A stretch of 64,000 nt of DNA. Source: Myxococcota bacterium (GTDB lineage: Bacteria; Myxococcota_A; UBA796; CAJQPC01). The position numbers and the translations under genes are program-made. Positions 30,840-39,450 of the stretch are shown here, in pieces (position 1 is the stretch's first letter; the number at the start of each line of letters is the position of its first letter). The notes beneath the pieces were generated by a model that ran no database searches, had not been told where the DNA came from, and saw only the letters and a program-made list of their open reading frames with translations. Where the stretch lies: assembly GCA_036012755.1 (NCBI GenBank), contig DASCPX010000016.1, positions 170,599-234,598 of the forward strand. Reading direction: 5' to 3'.

Positions 30840-31183
30840 AGCGGCTTGTCGTGGCGCTGCCTCCCCATGACGAGGGCGGCCAGGGGGCCGAGCACCGCGA
30901 AAGCTGCGCCAGCGACGGCCAGGTCAGCTCCCTGGGGGAGCATCGTGCCTGCGTAGAAGGTGCCCGCCCAGCTCAGCGCCAGTGCCGCCACCGAGGTCAC
31001 GAGGCAGCGCAGGGTCGGCCCCAGCGGGAAGAAGGCTGGCACCATGCCCACGACGAGTCCGCCGGCGAGTCCGAAGAAGAAGCCCGCGAACAAGAGCCAG
31101 GGCGAGACGGCGGCGAGTCCGAGGGCTCCGACGATGGAGCCGATGGCCGCCATCCAGGCCGCTGTTCGTTCGGGGGTGCGCAT
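30776..31183 (-). CDS. Small multi-pass membrane protein
   Basis: Hydrophobic ORF starting MRTPERTAAWMAAIGSIVG. Confidence 0.6.
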   Translation of the reverse strand: MRTPERTAAWMAAIGSIVGALGLAAVSPWLLFAGFFFGLAGGLVVGMVPAFFPLGPTLRCLVTSVAALALSWAGTFYAGTMLPQGADLAVAGAAFAVLGPLAALVMGRQRHDKPLYLAIGAVLSVPVVLAGAWLA

Positions 31184-31247
31184 CGCGAGCGCATGGTCCC
31201 ACGCGGATGTGCAGGAGCTGTGCAACTCGATCACGCGGCCAGTTTTT

Positions 31248-31284
31248 TGCGTTGCAACAAGAAAGTCCTTGTTGCAACGCAGCA
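31248..31284. promoter_or_regulatory. Putative PhaR operator (perfect 14-bp inverted repeat containing TGC-N3-GCA)
   Basis: TGCGTTGCAACAAG-aaagtc-CTTGTTGCAACGCA in an AT-rich patch about 40 bp before the phasin-like ORF. Confidence 0.75.
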
Positions 31285-31321
31285 TCCTTCTTATGTTGTG
31301 GACGTCAAACAAGGAGACGGC

Positions 31322-31492
31322 ATGTTCGAGACCGAGCAGTACCAGGATGCGGCGGAGCGCTACTTCGCCCTTCAGAACGAGTCCATCAAGGTGGCGATGA
31401 AGCAGTGGGAGACCACTATGGAGGCGCAGAAGGCCATGACGAAGGCCCTGCTCGCTGCCTCCTGGGCTTCCAAGCCCGAGGCGACGTCCTGA
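31322..31492 (+). CDS. 56-aa phasin-like amphipathic helical protein
   Basis: RBS AAGGAG; MFETEQYQDAAERYFALQNESIKVAMKQWETTMEAQKAMTKALLAASW; flanked by operator and hairpin; precedes phaE. Confidence 0.65.
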   Translation: MFETEQYQDAAERYFALQNESIKVAMKQWETTMEAQKAMTKALLAASWASKPEATS

Positions 31493-31500
31493 GTCCGCTG

Positions 31501-31530
31501 ACGCAGCAGGGGATCGTCCCTGCTGCGTTT
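31501..31530 (+). terminator. Hairpin after the phasin-like gene (terminator or mRNA-stabilising stem)
   Basis: ACGCAGCAGGG-gatcgt-CCCTGCTGCGT, 11-bp stem with short T tail. Confidence 0.6.
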
Positions 31531-31576
31531 GCACATCCGATTTGACGCATTGCGGCATCTGGAGTAGAGAGAGACC

Positions 31577-32041
31577 ATGAGCGACACCGAGATGTACAAG
31601 GCCTGGGAGAAGGCCATGACCCAGTGGTGGGACACCGTGCTGGACTCCCCTGCCTTCGTGAAGGGCATGGGGCAGGGTCTCGCCGGCCACAGCAGGACCC
31701 GGAAGGCCTACGAGGATCACCTCGACCGGAACATGGAGGCCATGCACCTCCCCACGCGAAAGGACCTCGTCCGCGTCGCGAAGATCTGCAGCCTCCTCGA
31801 AGATCGGCTGCTCGGGTTGGAGGACCGCCTGCTGGAGCTCGAGGATCAGCGCGTCGAGGCCGAGAAGCTCTCCCTCCAGGCGCGCATCGACGCCGCCGAG
31901 GCTCGGCTGGAGCTGAAGGGCCGCCTCTCGTCGATCGAGGCGAAGCTCGACGCGGCGCTCGCTACAAAGGCCGCCCCGAAGGCCAAGGCTGCGCCGAAGG
32001 CCGCCTCCACGAAGCGCAAGGCTCCGGCGAAGAAGAAGTGA
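31577..32041 (+). CDS. phaE: PhaE-like PHA synthase accessory subunit with Lys/Ala-rich tail
   Basis: LDSPAFVK and MHLPTRKDL motifs, coiled coil, directly upstream of phaC. Confidence 0.72.
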   Translation: MSDTEMYKAWEKAMTQWWDTVLDSPAFVKGMGQGLAGHSRTRKAYEDHLDRNMEAMHLPTRKDLVRVAKICSLLEDRLLGLEDRLLELEDQRVEAEKLSLQARIDAAEARLELKGRLSSIEAKLDAALATKAAPKAKAAPKAASTKRKAPAKKK

Positions 32042-32973
32042 TGTTGCAGCGCGCCATCGACGCGGCCGCTTTCCTCGCTACGGATCCGATCGGCCAGGCG
32101 CGACCAGGCGCCTCGCCACACACCGTGATCCACTCTCAGGCCTCCGCGAAGCTGCGCTTCTTCGCCTCCACCGGCCGGCGCGCCCTCTTCGTGTGCATGC
32201 CGCTGATCAACACGTGGACGATCTGGGACCTGCTCCCTGGACACAGCGTGGTCGCGGCCCTGGTCGATGCGGGCATCGACGTCTACGTGCTCGACTGGGG
32301 CAAGCCCGGCCCGGAGGCCGAGGATCGTCCCCTGGACCACTACGTCGACGAGATCCTCGGGCGGGCGCTGGACAGGGCTCGCCGCCACGCTGGCACCACC
32401 CTCGACGTTGCTGGTTACTGCGTCGGGGGCACCTTCCTGGCCTGGCACCTGGCGCGGAATCGGCCCGAGGTGCGCTCCGCTGCCTTCGTGGCGACCCCGA
32501 TCGACTTCCACGCCTCCGGGCGCCTTTCACGCTGGGCCGACCCGGCCCACTTCCCGCTGGATGCCCTCCACGGCAACTTCCCAGCGGAGCGCCTGCGCGC
32601 GAGCTTCGCCTGGCTGAAGCCGATGGGTCAGGCTCGGAAGTGGAGGTCGCTCTTGGAGCGACCGCAGGCCCGCGAGCTCTGGGCGCACCTCGAGTCCTGG
32701 TCCCGTGACGGCGTGGACTTCCCGGGGCGCGCCTACCGCGAGTACGTGCGTGCCTGCTACTTCGACAACCGCCTCCGCGAGGAGCTCGGTGGTGTCGACG
32801 TGCCTGCTCTGAGCGTCGCCGCGAGCCGGGACCACATCGTGCCTCCGCCGGCCGCGCACGACCTCTCGGCGGTCTGGGACGGCCCGGTCACCGAGAGGAC
32901 GCTGCGTGGTGGCCACGTCGGCATCTGCCTCGAGAAGGCGCTGCCAGCGGCGCTGTCGGAGTGGCTCTCGTGA
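32041..32973 (+). CDS. phaC: Class III-type PHA synthase catalytic subunit, copy 1
   Basis: PLINTWTIWDLLPGHSVV, VYVLDWG, GYCVGG, RDHIVPP, GGHVG; TGATG overlap with phaE. Confidence 0.85.
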   Translation: MLQRAIDAAAFLATDPIGQARPGASPHTVIHSQASAKLRFFASTGRRALFVCMPLINTWTIWDLLPGHSVVAALVDAGIDVYVLDWGKPGPEAEDRPLDHYVDEILGRALDRARRHAGTTLDVAGYCVGGTFLAWHLARNRPEVRSAAFVATPIDFHASGRLSRWADPAHFPLDALHGNFPAERLRASFAWLKPMGQARKWRSLLERPQARELWAHLESWSRDGVDFPGRAYREYVRACYFDNRLREELGGVDVPALSVAASRDHIVPPPAAHDLSAVWDGPVTERTLRGGHVGICLEKALPAALSEWLS

Positions 32974-33941
32974 TCGCGGAGATGTCTCGCGGTGCCTGGC
33001 TCCTCGCGAGCCACCCACGGCCGCCCGTCGGGCAGAGCGCCCACAGGGTGATCCACGTCCACGACAAGCTGCGGGTCCGCTTCTACGCCGGCGCCGGGGC
33101 CTGCCCCATCGTCATCGTCCCGAGCCTCATCAACCGAGCGTGGATCGTCGACCTCGAAGAAGATCGGAGCCTCGTGCGGGCCCTGACCGAAGAGGGCCAC
33201 CCGGTCTACCTCGTCGACTGGGGCGTGCCCGGCCCGGAAGACGCTGACGAGGACGTCGCCTACGTGCTCGACTCACTGCTCGCGCGGGCCCTGCGTCGCA
33301 TCCGCCGACACGCGAGGGCTCCGGTGTGCCTGCTCGGCTACTGCATGGGCGGCACCCTGGCGGCGATGTGCTTGGCCCGGCATCCAGGCCTCGCGGAGCG
33401 GCTCGTCCTGCTGAACGCCCCCTTCCGCTTTTGCGAGGGTGGGCGCTTCTTCGACCTCTGTCGCGATCTCGACGTCGAGGCGCTGATCGACAGCGACGGC
33501 CTCGTGCCGGTCGAGCTCATGAAGCCCGCCTTCTCGATGCTCGACCCAGCCGGCAACTTCACGAAGCTCGTCGCGATCGAAGAGGCCAGCCGGGACCCTC
33601 GCCGCATGCTCCGCACGATGGCTCGCGAGCGCTGGCTCGAAGAGAACGTGCCCATGCCAGGGGCCTTCGCGCGGGAGTGGATCCGCCACACCTACCAGGA
33701 CGACGATCTGCTCGATGGCGCCTGGGTGATCGGGGACTCCGCTGTCGACCTGGCCGCGCTGGACCACCCCACCTTGGTGCTCGCCGCCGAGCGCGACTTC
33801 ATCGCGCCTGTCGCCAGCGTGCTCCCCGTCGCGGAGGTCATCCCGGGGGCCACCGTAGAGGTCCTCCCGACCGGTCACATCGGCGCGGTGGTCGGGCGCT
33901 ACCTCCCGCGGCTGGTCCAGAGGATCCACTCGTGGCTCTGA
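32970..33941 (+). CDS. phaC: Class III-type PHA synthase catalytic subunit, copy 2
   Basis: PSLINRAWIVDLEEDRSLV, VYLVDWG, GYCMGG, RDFIAP, TGHIG; GTGA overlap. Confidence 0.88.
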   Translation: MIAEMSRGAWLLASHPRPPVGQSAHRVIHVHDKLRVRFYAGAGACPIVIVPSLINRAWIVDLEEDRSLVRALTEEGHPVYLVDWGVPGPEDADEDVAYVLDSLLARALRRIRRHARAPVCLLGYCMGGTLAAMCLARHPGLAERLVLLNAPFRFCEGGRFFDLCRDLDVEALIDSDGLVPVELMKPAFSMLDPAGNFTKLVAIEEASRDPRRMLRTMARERWLEENVPMPGAFAREWIRHTYQDDDLLDGAWVIGDSAVDLAALDHPTLVLAAERDFIAPVASVLPVAEVIPGATVEVLPTGHIGAVVGRYLPRLVQRIHSWL

Positions 33942-35305
33942 GCTGGGCGCTGTTCCTCGTCTACGCGGTGCTGACGGCGCTGTTGGCCTGGAGAGGTGGG
34001 CGGCAGTCGTCCACCGGCGCGGGCTTCGCCATCGGCAGCGGGCGCATGTCCTGGTGGGTCGCCGGCATCACCCTGGGTGCTTGCCTGGCGTCCTCTGCCA
34101 CCTTCGTCATCGTGCCCGGCTTCGTGTACTCGGAGGGGCTCCCGGCGCTCGTCGGCTTCACCGCCCCCTTCATCGCCGGCATCGCGCTCGGGCTCTTCGT
34201 CTTCACGGGCCCCTTCAAGGAGCGCACGCGAGGTGCCCTCACGGTGCCCCACTGGCTCGGCGAGCGCTACGACAGCCCCGCCCTGCGCAAGCTCTTCGCC
34301 GGGCTCAACGTGCTCAACGTCGCCTACCTCGTGCTCATCACGGTCGGCTGTGGCTACGTGATGCAAGCGGCGCTGGGGGTGCCCTACCCCGTGGCCGTGG
34401 TCGGCATCGTGGCCTTCGTCTTCGGCTACACGGGCTTCGGCGGCGCCGGGGCTCATGCCCTGACCAACACCCTGCAGGGCATCGTGATGCTCGTGGTCGC
34501 CGTGGTCATCGCCTCGGCGGGCCTCGATCAGCTCGGCGTCACCTGGCAGAGCCTGGCCTCGACCGGCTGGACGGCACCGGACAGCCTGCTCTTCTCCACC
34601 CCCGGCGAGGTCTGGCTCGTGCCCTTCTTCATGGGCATCGCGCTGACCACCCAGCCCCACCTGCTGTGCAAGGCGCTCTACGTCGCCGACCGGGCTGCGG
34701 TGCGCAAGATGGTGGTCGTCGCGATCCTGTGCTTCGCGGTCTTCAGCCTCGTGCTGCTCGCTGGCGCCCACGCCCGCGTGGTGCTCCCAGAGGGCATCGC
34801 CCAGGACCAGGTCATGGCCACCTACCTCGTCGAGGCCTTCCCCTGGAAGCCCCTGTCCGCCCTGGTCAGCGTGGCGATCCTCGCCGCCAGCATGAGCACC
34901 CTGGACGGTCTCCTCGTCGCCATCGCCGCCAGCGTCGGCGGTGACCTCTTCGAGCGCCCCTCGGTCTCCCGCAACCGGCTCGTGCTCGCCGGGCTCGCGG
35001 TCGTGACGGTCGCCATCGCCCTGTCACCTCCGCAGCTCGTGCTGATCCTCGGTCAGCTCGGTGTCTATGGCCTCGTCGCGGCCTCCGCGGGCCCCTTGCT
35101 CGCCGGACTCTTCAGGGATGGCCGCCTCCACGCCGTCCCGGCGCTGTGCTCGGCCATCGTGGCCTTGATCGTGCACTTCGGTCTCGCGCTCACGGTCTTC
35201 GACAACCCGGGCCTGGCAGCCTGCGCCGCGGTGGCGGTCGGAATACCGATCGCGCTGTTGCCCGTGCCTGCGCTGTCGGCGGCACCCAAGAGGGAGAAGG
35301 CGTGA
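33932..35305 (+). CDS. Sodium:solute symporter (SSS; PanF/MctP-like)
   Basis: About 13 TM; SSATFVIVPGFVY, LGERYDS, ILAASMSTLDGLL. Confidence 0.9.
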   Translation: MALSWALFLVYAVLTALLAWRGGRQSSTGAGFAIGSGRMSWWVAGITLGACLASSATFVIVPGFVYSEGLPALVGFTAPFIAGIALGLFVFTGPFKERTRGALTVPHWLGERYDSPALRKLFAGLNVLNVAYLVLITVGCGYVMQAALGVPYPVAVVGIVAFVFGYTGFGGAGAHALTNTLQGIVMLVVAVVIASAGLDQLGVTWQSLASTGWTAPDSLLFSTPGEVWLVPFFMGIALTTQPHLLCKALYVADRAAVRKMVVVAILCFAVFSLVLLAGAHARVVLPEGIAQDQVMATYLVEAFPWKPLSALVSVAILAASMSTLDGLLVAIAASVGGDLFERPSVSRNRLVLAGLAVVTVAIALSPPQLVLILGQLGVYGLVAASAGPLLAGLFRDGRLHAVPALCSAIVALIVHFGLALTVFDNPGLAACAAVAVGIPIALLPVPALSAAPKREKA

Positions 35306-36627
35306 GCTGGACCGGAGACCACCAGGGACTCGCGCTCTCGGATCAGCGGCGGAGCTGGACCTATTCCCAGCTCCGGGACGAGGCCGCGCGCTGGGCCGGC
35401 ACCCTCGCGGCCCGCGGCGTCGAGGCAGGAGACCGCGTGGCGCTGCTCGCCAGGAACCGCGGCGAGTTCATCGTCCTGCTGCTTTCCTGCGAGCACCTCG
35501 GCGCGATCTTCCAGCCGATGAACTGGAGGCTGTCCGAGGCAGAGCTCGACTGGCAGATCGCGGACTCGACCCCCCGAGTCGTGCTGCGCGACGCGGACCT
35601 CGACGAGGGCCCCGGCGACGCGGCGATCCGCGGTGACGAGCGCGCCGAGACCGAGCCCTGGATGCTGCTCTACACCTCTGGCACGACCGGCAAGCCGAAG
35701 GGAGCCCTGATCACTCACGGGCAGGTCCGGGCCAACGCCGCGGTCACCCTCGGGGCCTGCGAGCTGACCGCCGAGGACAGCACGCTGACCTTCACGCCCC
35801 TGTTCCACACCGGCGGCCTGAACTGCCTCACGACGCCGCTGTTGCGCGTCGGTGGTCACGTGGTCCTGCGCCCCTCTCTGGAGGACGCGCTTGATGTCAT
35901 CCGGGACGAGGGCATCACGCTGTTGACCGGCGTGCCGACGATCTACCAGTTCCTCTCCGAGCGTCCCGGCTTCTCCGAGGCGATGGGTTCTGTTCGGGAC
36001 GCCCTCTGCGGCGGGGCCCCGCTGTCGCTGACGCTGCTCCAGACCTACCTCGAGCTCGGCATCCCGCTGCGGCAGGGCTTCGGCCTCACGGAGGTGGGGC
36101 CCAACTGCTTCTCCACGCCACCGCAGCGCGTGCGCGAGAAGCTCGGGACCGTCGGTCGACTCGTGCCCGGGCTGGAGGCCCGCCTCGTCGACGGCGAGCT
36201 TCAGCTGCGCGGCCCGATGGTCTTCGGCGGCTACTGGGGCCACCCTCCCCACGAGGGCTGGTTTCACACCGGCGACGTCCTGCAGGTCGACGACGAGGGC
36301 TTCTGGTCCGTCACAGGGCGCAAGAAGGAGATGTTCATCTCCGGCGGAGAGAACGTCTACCCGGCCGAGGTCGAGGCAGCGCTCTATGCCTGCGGCGGCA
36401 TCGCCCAGTGCGCGGTCATCGGCGTGGAGGACGAGCGCTGGGGCGAGGTCGGACGAGCCTTCGTCGAGCCCAGTCCGGGGGCGACGCTCTCGCCAGAGGC
36501 TCTCCACGGTGCCCTCCAAGGACGCCTGGCCCGCTACAAGCAGCCCAAGCGCATCGAGGTGCTGGCTTCGCTGCCCCGCACTCCCAGCGGCAAGATCGAC
36601 AAGCAGCGACTCGGAGAGATGCCGTGA
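35302..36627 (+). CDS. AMP-forming acyl-CoA synthetase
   Basis: YTSGTTGKPKG, GFGLTE, WFHTGD, GRKKEMFISGGENVYPAEVE, PRTPSGKIDK. Confidence 0.93.
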   Translation: MSWTGDHQGLALSDQRRSWTYSQLRDEAARWAGTLAARGVEAGDRVALLARNRGEFIVLLLSCEHLGAIFQPMNWRLSEAELDWQIADSTPRVVLRDADLDEGPGDAAIRGDERAETEPWMLLYTSGTTGKPKGALITHGQVRANAAVTLGACELTAEDSTLTFTPLFHTGGLNCLTTPLLRVGGHVVLRPSLEDALDVIRDEGITLLTGVPTIYQFLSERPGFSEAMGSVRDALCGGAPLSLTLLQTYLELGIPLRQGFGLTEVGPNCFSTPPQRVREKLGTVGRLVPGLEARLVDGELQLRGPMVFGGYWGHPPHEGWFHTGDVLQVDDEGFWSVTGRKKEMFISGGENVYPAEVEAALYACGGIAQCAVIGVEDERWGEVGRAFVEPSPGATLSPEALHGALQGRLARYKQPKRIEVLASLPRTPSGKIDKQRLGEMP

Positions 36628-37106
36628 TCCTGCTCCTTCTGGCCTGCCTTCCAGAGGATGTCGCGCTCGACGACTCCGTCCCGGTCCTCGACGACACCGC
36701 CGCCGCGAGCACCGAGCCCCTCTACGGCCAGTGGATCTCCGACGGAGCGGACATCAGCCCGCTGTTTTCCGGCGCACCCTTCGAGTACCTGAGCATCGAC
36801 GCTGTCTTCGGGGACGAGGGCTACGAGGTGGTCGGCCACACGGCAGACGACGACTACACCTTCGCCGGGACCTTCACGATCGACACCTCGAGCACTCCAG
36901 CCTCGATCGAGCTCATCCAGACCCAGCCCGGAAACGCCGTGGCCCGGGGCATCTACCTCGTCGAGGACGAGGTGCTCACCTACGAGGTCGTCCAGGTCGA
37001 GCCGGACTATGGCTACGCGCCCCCGACCCCGGAGGAGGGCTTCGGCTCCACCACCGGCCCCAACCTCTCAGAGGGCGACAACGTGCAGGTCTACCGCAGA
37101 CCGTGA
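36624..37106 (+). CDS. Hypothetical beta-rich (lipocalin-like) lipoprotein
   Basis: GTGA-coupled; MILLLLAC; LYGQWIS strand followed by further beta strands. Confidence 0.7.
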   Translation: MILLLLACLPEDVALDDSVPVLDDTAAASTEPLYGQWISDGADISPLFSGAPFEYLSIDAVFGDEGYEVVGHTADDDYTFAGTFTIDTSSTPASIELIQTQPGNAVARGIYLVEDEVLTYEVVQVEPDYGYAPPTPEEGFGSTTGPNLSEGDNVQVYRRP

Positions 37107-38521
37107 TCTGGATCTGTGCCGCATTCGCGCGAGAGCCGGTCGAGGCCCTGAGGCCCGTCGAGGAGCCCCCGGATGTGGGCCTCGACTTCGTGGGGCTCGC
37201 CCAGGTCAAGACCTCGGGCACGAACGTGGCCACCACGAACGCCTTCCTCGATGGGCAGGTCATCGGCGTGATCGACGGGGACTCGGGCGCAGACGCCGGG
37301 GACTCCCTGAGCCACTTCAGCGAACAGCGCGTGGCGGCTTTTCTGGGCTACCGTCCGCCGCTGTTGGATGGCCACGCGGCCCTTCACGGCGGCTTCGAGA
37401 TCGACTTCGCCTTTGGAGACGCCGCCTACGGCATCGGGGGCAACACCGGCGGCGGCTTCGGCGGCGACCAGGTGAACCTCCAGACCCGCCGCCTCTACGT
37501 CGAGGTCGACAGCCAGCTCTTGCGACACGAGCAGGACTGGAGGGTGGGCCTGCACTTCGTGAGCGACGGCGTCGGACTCCCGGAGGAGGGCCTCGACGCC
37601 ATCTTCCGCAGCGGAGCACGCGGCACGGTCTTTGCCAGCGAGGCAGCCGGCGCCTCGCTCCACGGGCAGCTCCCCGAGCGCTTGCGATACAGGCTCGGGG
37701 TCTACAAGCTCGTCGAGAACGCCAGCTCGCAGCCGGACGACGTCACCCTGGGCATGGGGGATGTCGAGCTGCAACCCGGCTGGCGCACGCGGGTGGGCCT
37801 GCACGCCTGGTACCTGCGAGATCGCTCGGATGGCCAGGGCGGCGCCCTGGGCGTGGGGCCTTCATCCTCGACCTCGGCGCTCCAGGGGGGCCCCTCTCTG
37901 GACGTCGATGGGGACGTAGACGTCACCTGGCTGGGGGCCGACGCCGGCTGGAACGCGGACCTGCGCCGCGGTGACCTCGGAGCCCACGGCGTCGCCTTGG
38001 CTCACCTCGGCTCCCTCGGCGACGTCGACGCCCAGGGCTTCAGCGCCAACGGCGAGGCCCGCTGGCGTTGGACCGCGGGCAAGGGCAGCGTGCTCCGGGC
38101 AGAGGTCCTCTATGCCACTGGCGATTCCGTGTCTGATGTCGGCTACACCGGCGTCCTCACCGGAAACACCTGGGGCATCGCGGGGGCCAACCACACCACC
38201 CACGGCACCCTGTTGCTGCACCCGGATCTCTTCTCTATCAACCGCCAGGTGAGCCACACCGGCGACCTGGCGGCCTCTGGGCGGGGCCAGCTCAGCTTCA
38301 CCGGGTCACTGGGCTACGACCCCGTCCCAGACCGCCTGACCGTCCAGTTCGGCGGTGGTCACGCGAGCTATGGCGGCGGGACCTCGGCCCAGGAGATCAA
38401 CCTCCGGGTGCTCGGCGAGCCCTACCTGTTCATGCGGACCGGTCTCTCCGGCGCCTACCTCGCGAGGCCGGGCACGGACGCCTGGATCGTCTACGCCTCC
38501 TTCGACTGGCTGGTGATCTGA
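37103..38521 (+). CDS. Probable outer-membrane beta-barrel/porin
   Basis: GTGA-coupled; short signal MIWICAAFA; GFEIDFAFGD, NLQTRRLYVEV, amphipathic strands to the C-terminus. Confidence 0.65.
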   Translation: MIWICAAFAREPVEALRPVEEPPDVGLDFVGLAQVKTSGTNVATTNAFLDGQVIGVIDGDSGADAGDSLSHFSEQRVAAFLGYRPPLLDGHAALHGGFEIDFAFGDAAYGIGGNTGGGFGGDQVNLQTRRLYVEVDSQLLRHEQDWRVGLHFVSDGVGLPEEGLDAIFRSGARGTVFASEAAGASLHGQLPERLRYRLGVYKLVENASSQPDDVTLGMGDVELQPGWRTRVGLHAWYLRDRSDGQGGALGVGPSSSTSALQGGPSLDVDGDVDVTWLGADAGWNADLRRGDLGAHGVALAHLGSLGDVDAQGFSANGEARWRWTAGKGSVLRAEVLYATGDSVSDVGYTGVLTGNTWGIAGANHTTHGTLLLHPDLFSINRQVSHTGDLAASGRGQLSFTGSLGYDPVPDRLTVQFGGGHASYGGGTSAQEINLRVLGEPYLFMRTGLSGAYLARPGTDAWIVYASFDWLVI

Positions 38522-39450
38522 TGCCCCTGAACGCCTTGTTCTTCGGCCTGGCCTGCGCGCCCCGGTATGGCTCCGCGCCACCGCTGGCGCCATCCGAGCT
38601 CCACGCGCCCCTCCCCGTGTCCCACGTCGATCTCGACGGTGTCCGTGTCGCCTACGCGAGCGCAGGGGAAGGCACGGCCCTGGTCTTCCTGCACGGCCTG
38701 TCCTCCTACATGGGCTACTGGGAGCACCAGCTCCCACACTTCGCACAGTCCCACCAGGTCTTCGCGCTCGACCTCCCGGGCTACGGGATGTCGTCACGCC
38801 CGGACGCGCCCTACACGCCTCCCTGGTTCGCCCAGACGGTGGTGGACTGGATGGACGAGGTGGGCTTGTCCTCAGCGGTCTTCGTGGGCCACTCGATGGG
38901 CGGACAGGTCGCCCTGACCCTCGCGCTCGAGCACCCAGAGCGTGTAGACGCCCTCGTGCTCGCTGCCCCCGCCGGAATCGAGACCTTCTCTCCGGGCGCC
39001 GCTGACTGGATGAAGGGCTGGTGGACCGAGTCCAGGGCCATGGAGTCCACGGAAGAGGACATCCGCGCCACGATGACCACCATGGTGTTCAACGTCCACG
39101 ACGAGGGCGTCGAGCGGCTCATCGAGGAGCGGGTTCGGCTGGGTCGTCACGAGGACTTCGGCGGCACCTCGGTGGCCGTCTCCCGCAGCATCGCGGGCAT
39201 GCTCGACCACCCGGTCGCCGGGCGCCTGTCCGAGGTCTCCGCCCCGACGCTCATCGTCTTCGGCGAGGACGATCGCATGATCCCGAACCCGGTCTTCACC
39301 GGCGGCCGCACCTCGGCCATCGCGAAGCAGGGGCAGCGGTCCATTCCGGGCTCCTCGCTGGTCCTGGTCCCGAGGGCCGGCCACACCGTGCACCACGACG
39401 ACCCCGGCGCATTCAACGACGCAGTCGAGCGCTTCCTGGAGGGCCTGTGA
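38521..39450 (+). CDS. Lipoprotein alpha/beta hydrolase
   Basis: GLAC lipobox; FLHGLSS, GHSMGG, GEDDRMIP, AGHTVH. Confidence 0.92.
   Translation: MPLNALFFGLACAPRYGSAPPLAPSELHAPLPVSHVDLDGVRVAYASAGEGTALVFLHGLSSYMGYWEHQLPHFAQSHQVFALDLPGYGMSSRPDAPYTPPWFAQTVVDWMDEVGLSSAVFVGHSMGGQVALTLALEHPERVDALVLAAPAGIETFSPGAADWMKGWWTESRAMESTEEDIRATMTTMVFNVHDEGVERLIEERVRLGRHEDFGGTSVAVSRSIAGMLDHPVAGRLSEVSAPTLIVFGEDDRMIPNPVFTGGRTSAIAKQGQRSIPGSSLVLVPRAGHTVHHDDPGAFNDAVERFLEGL

Noticed and set aside
35302..36627. Naming the ligase menE
   Set aside because: No menaquinone genes nearby, and family motifs cannot define the substrate
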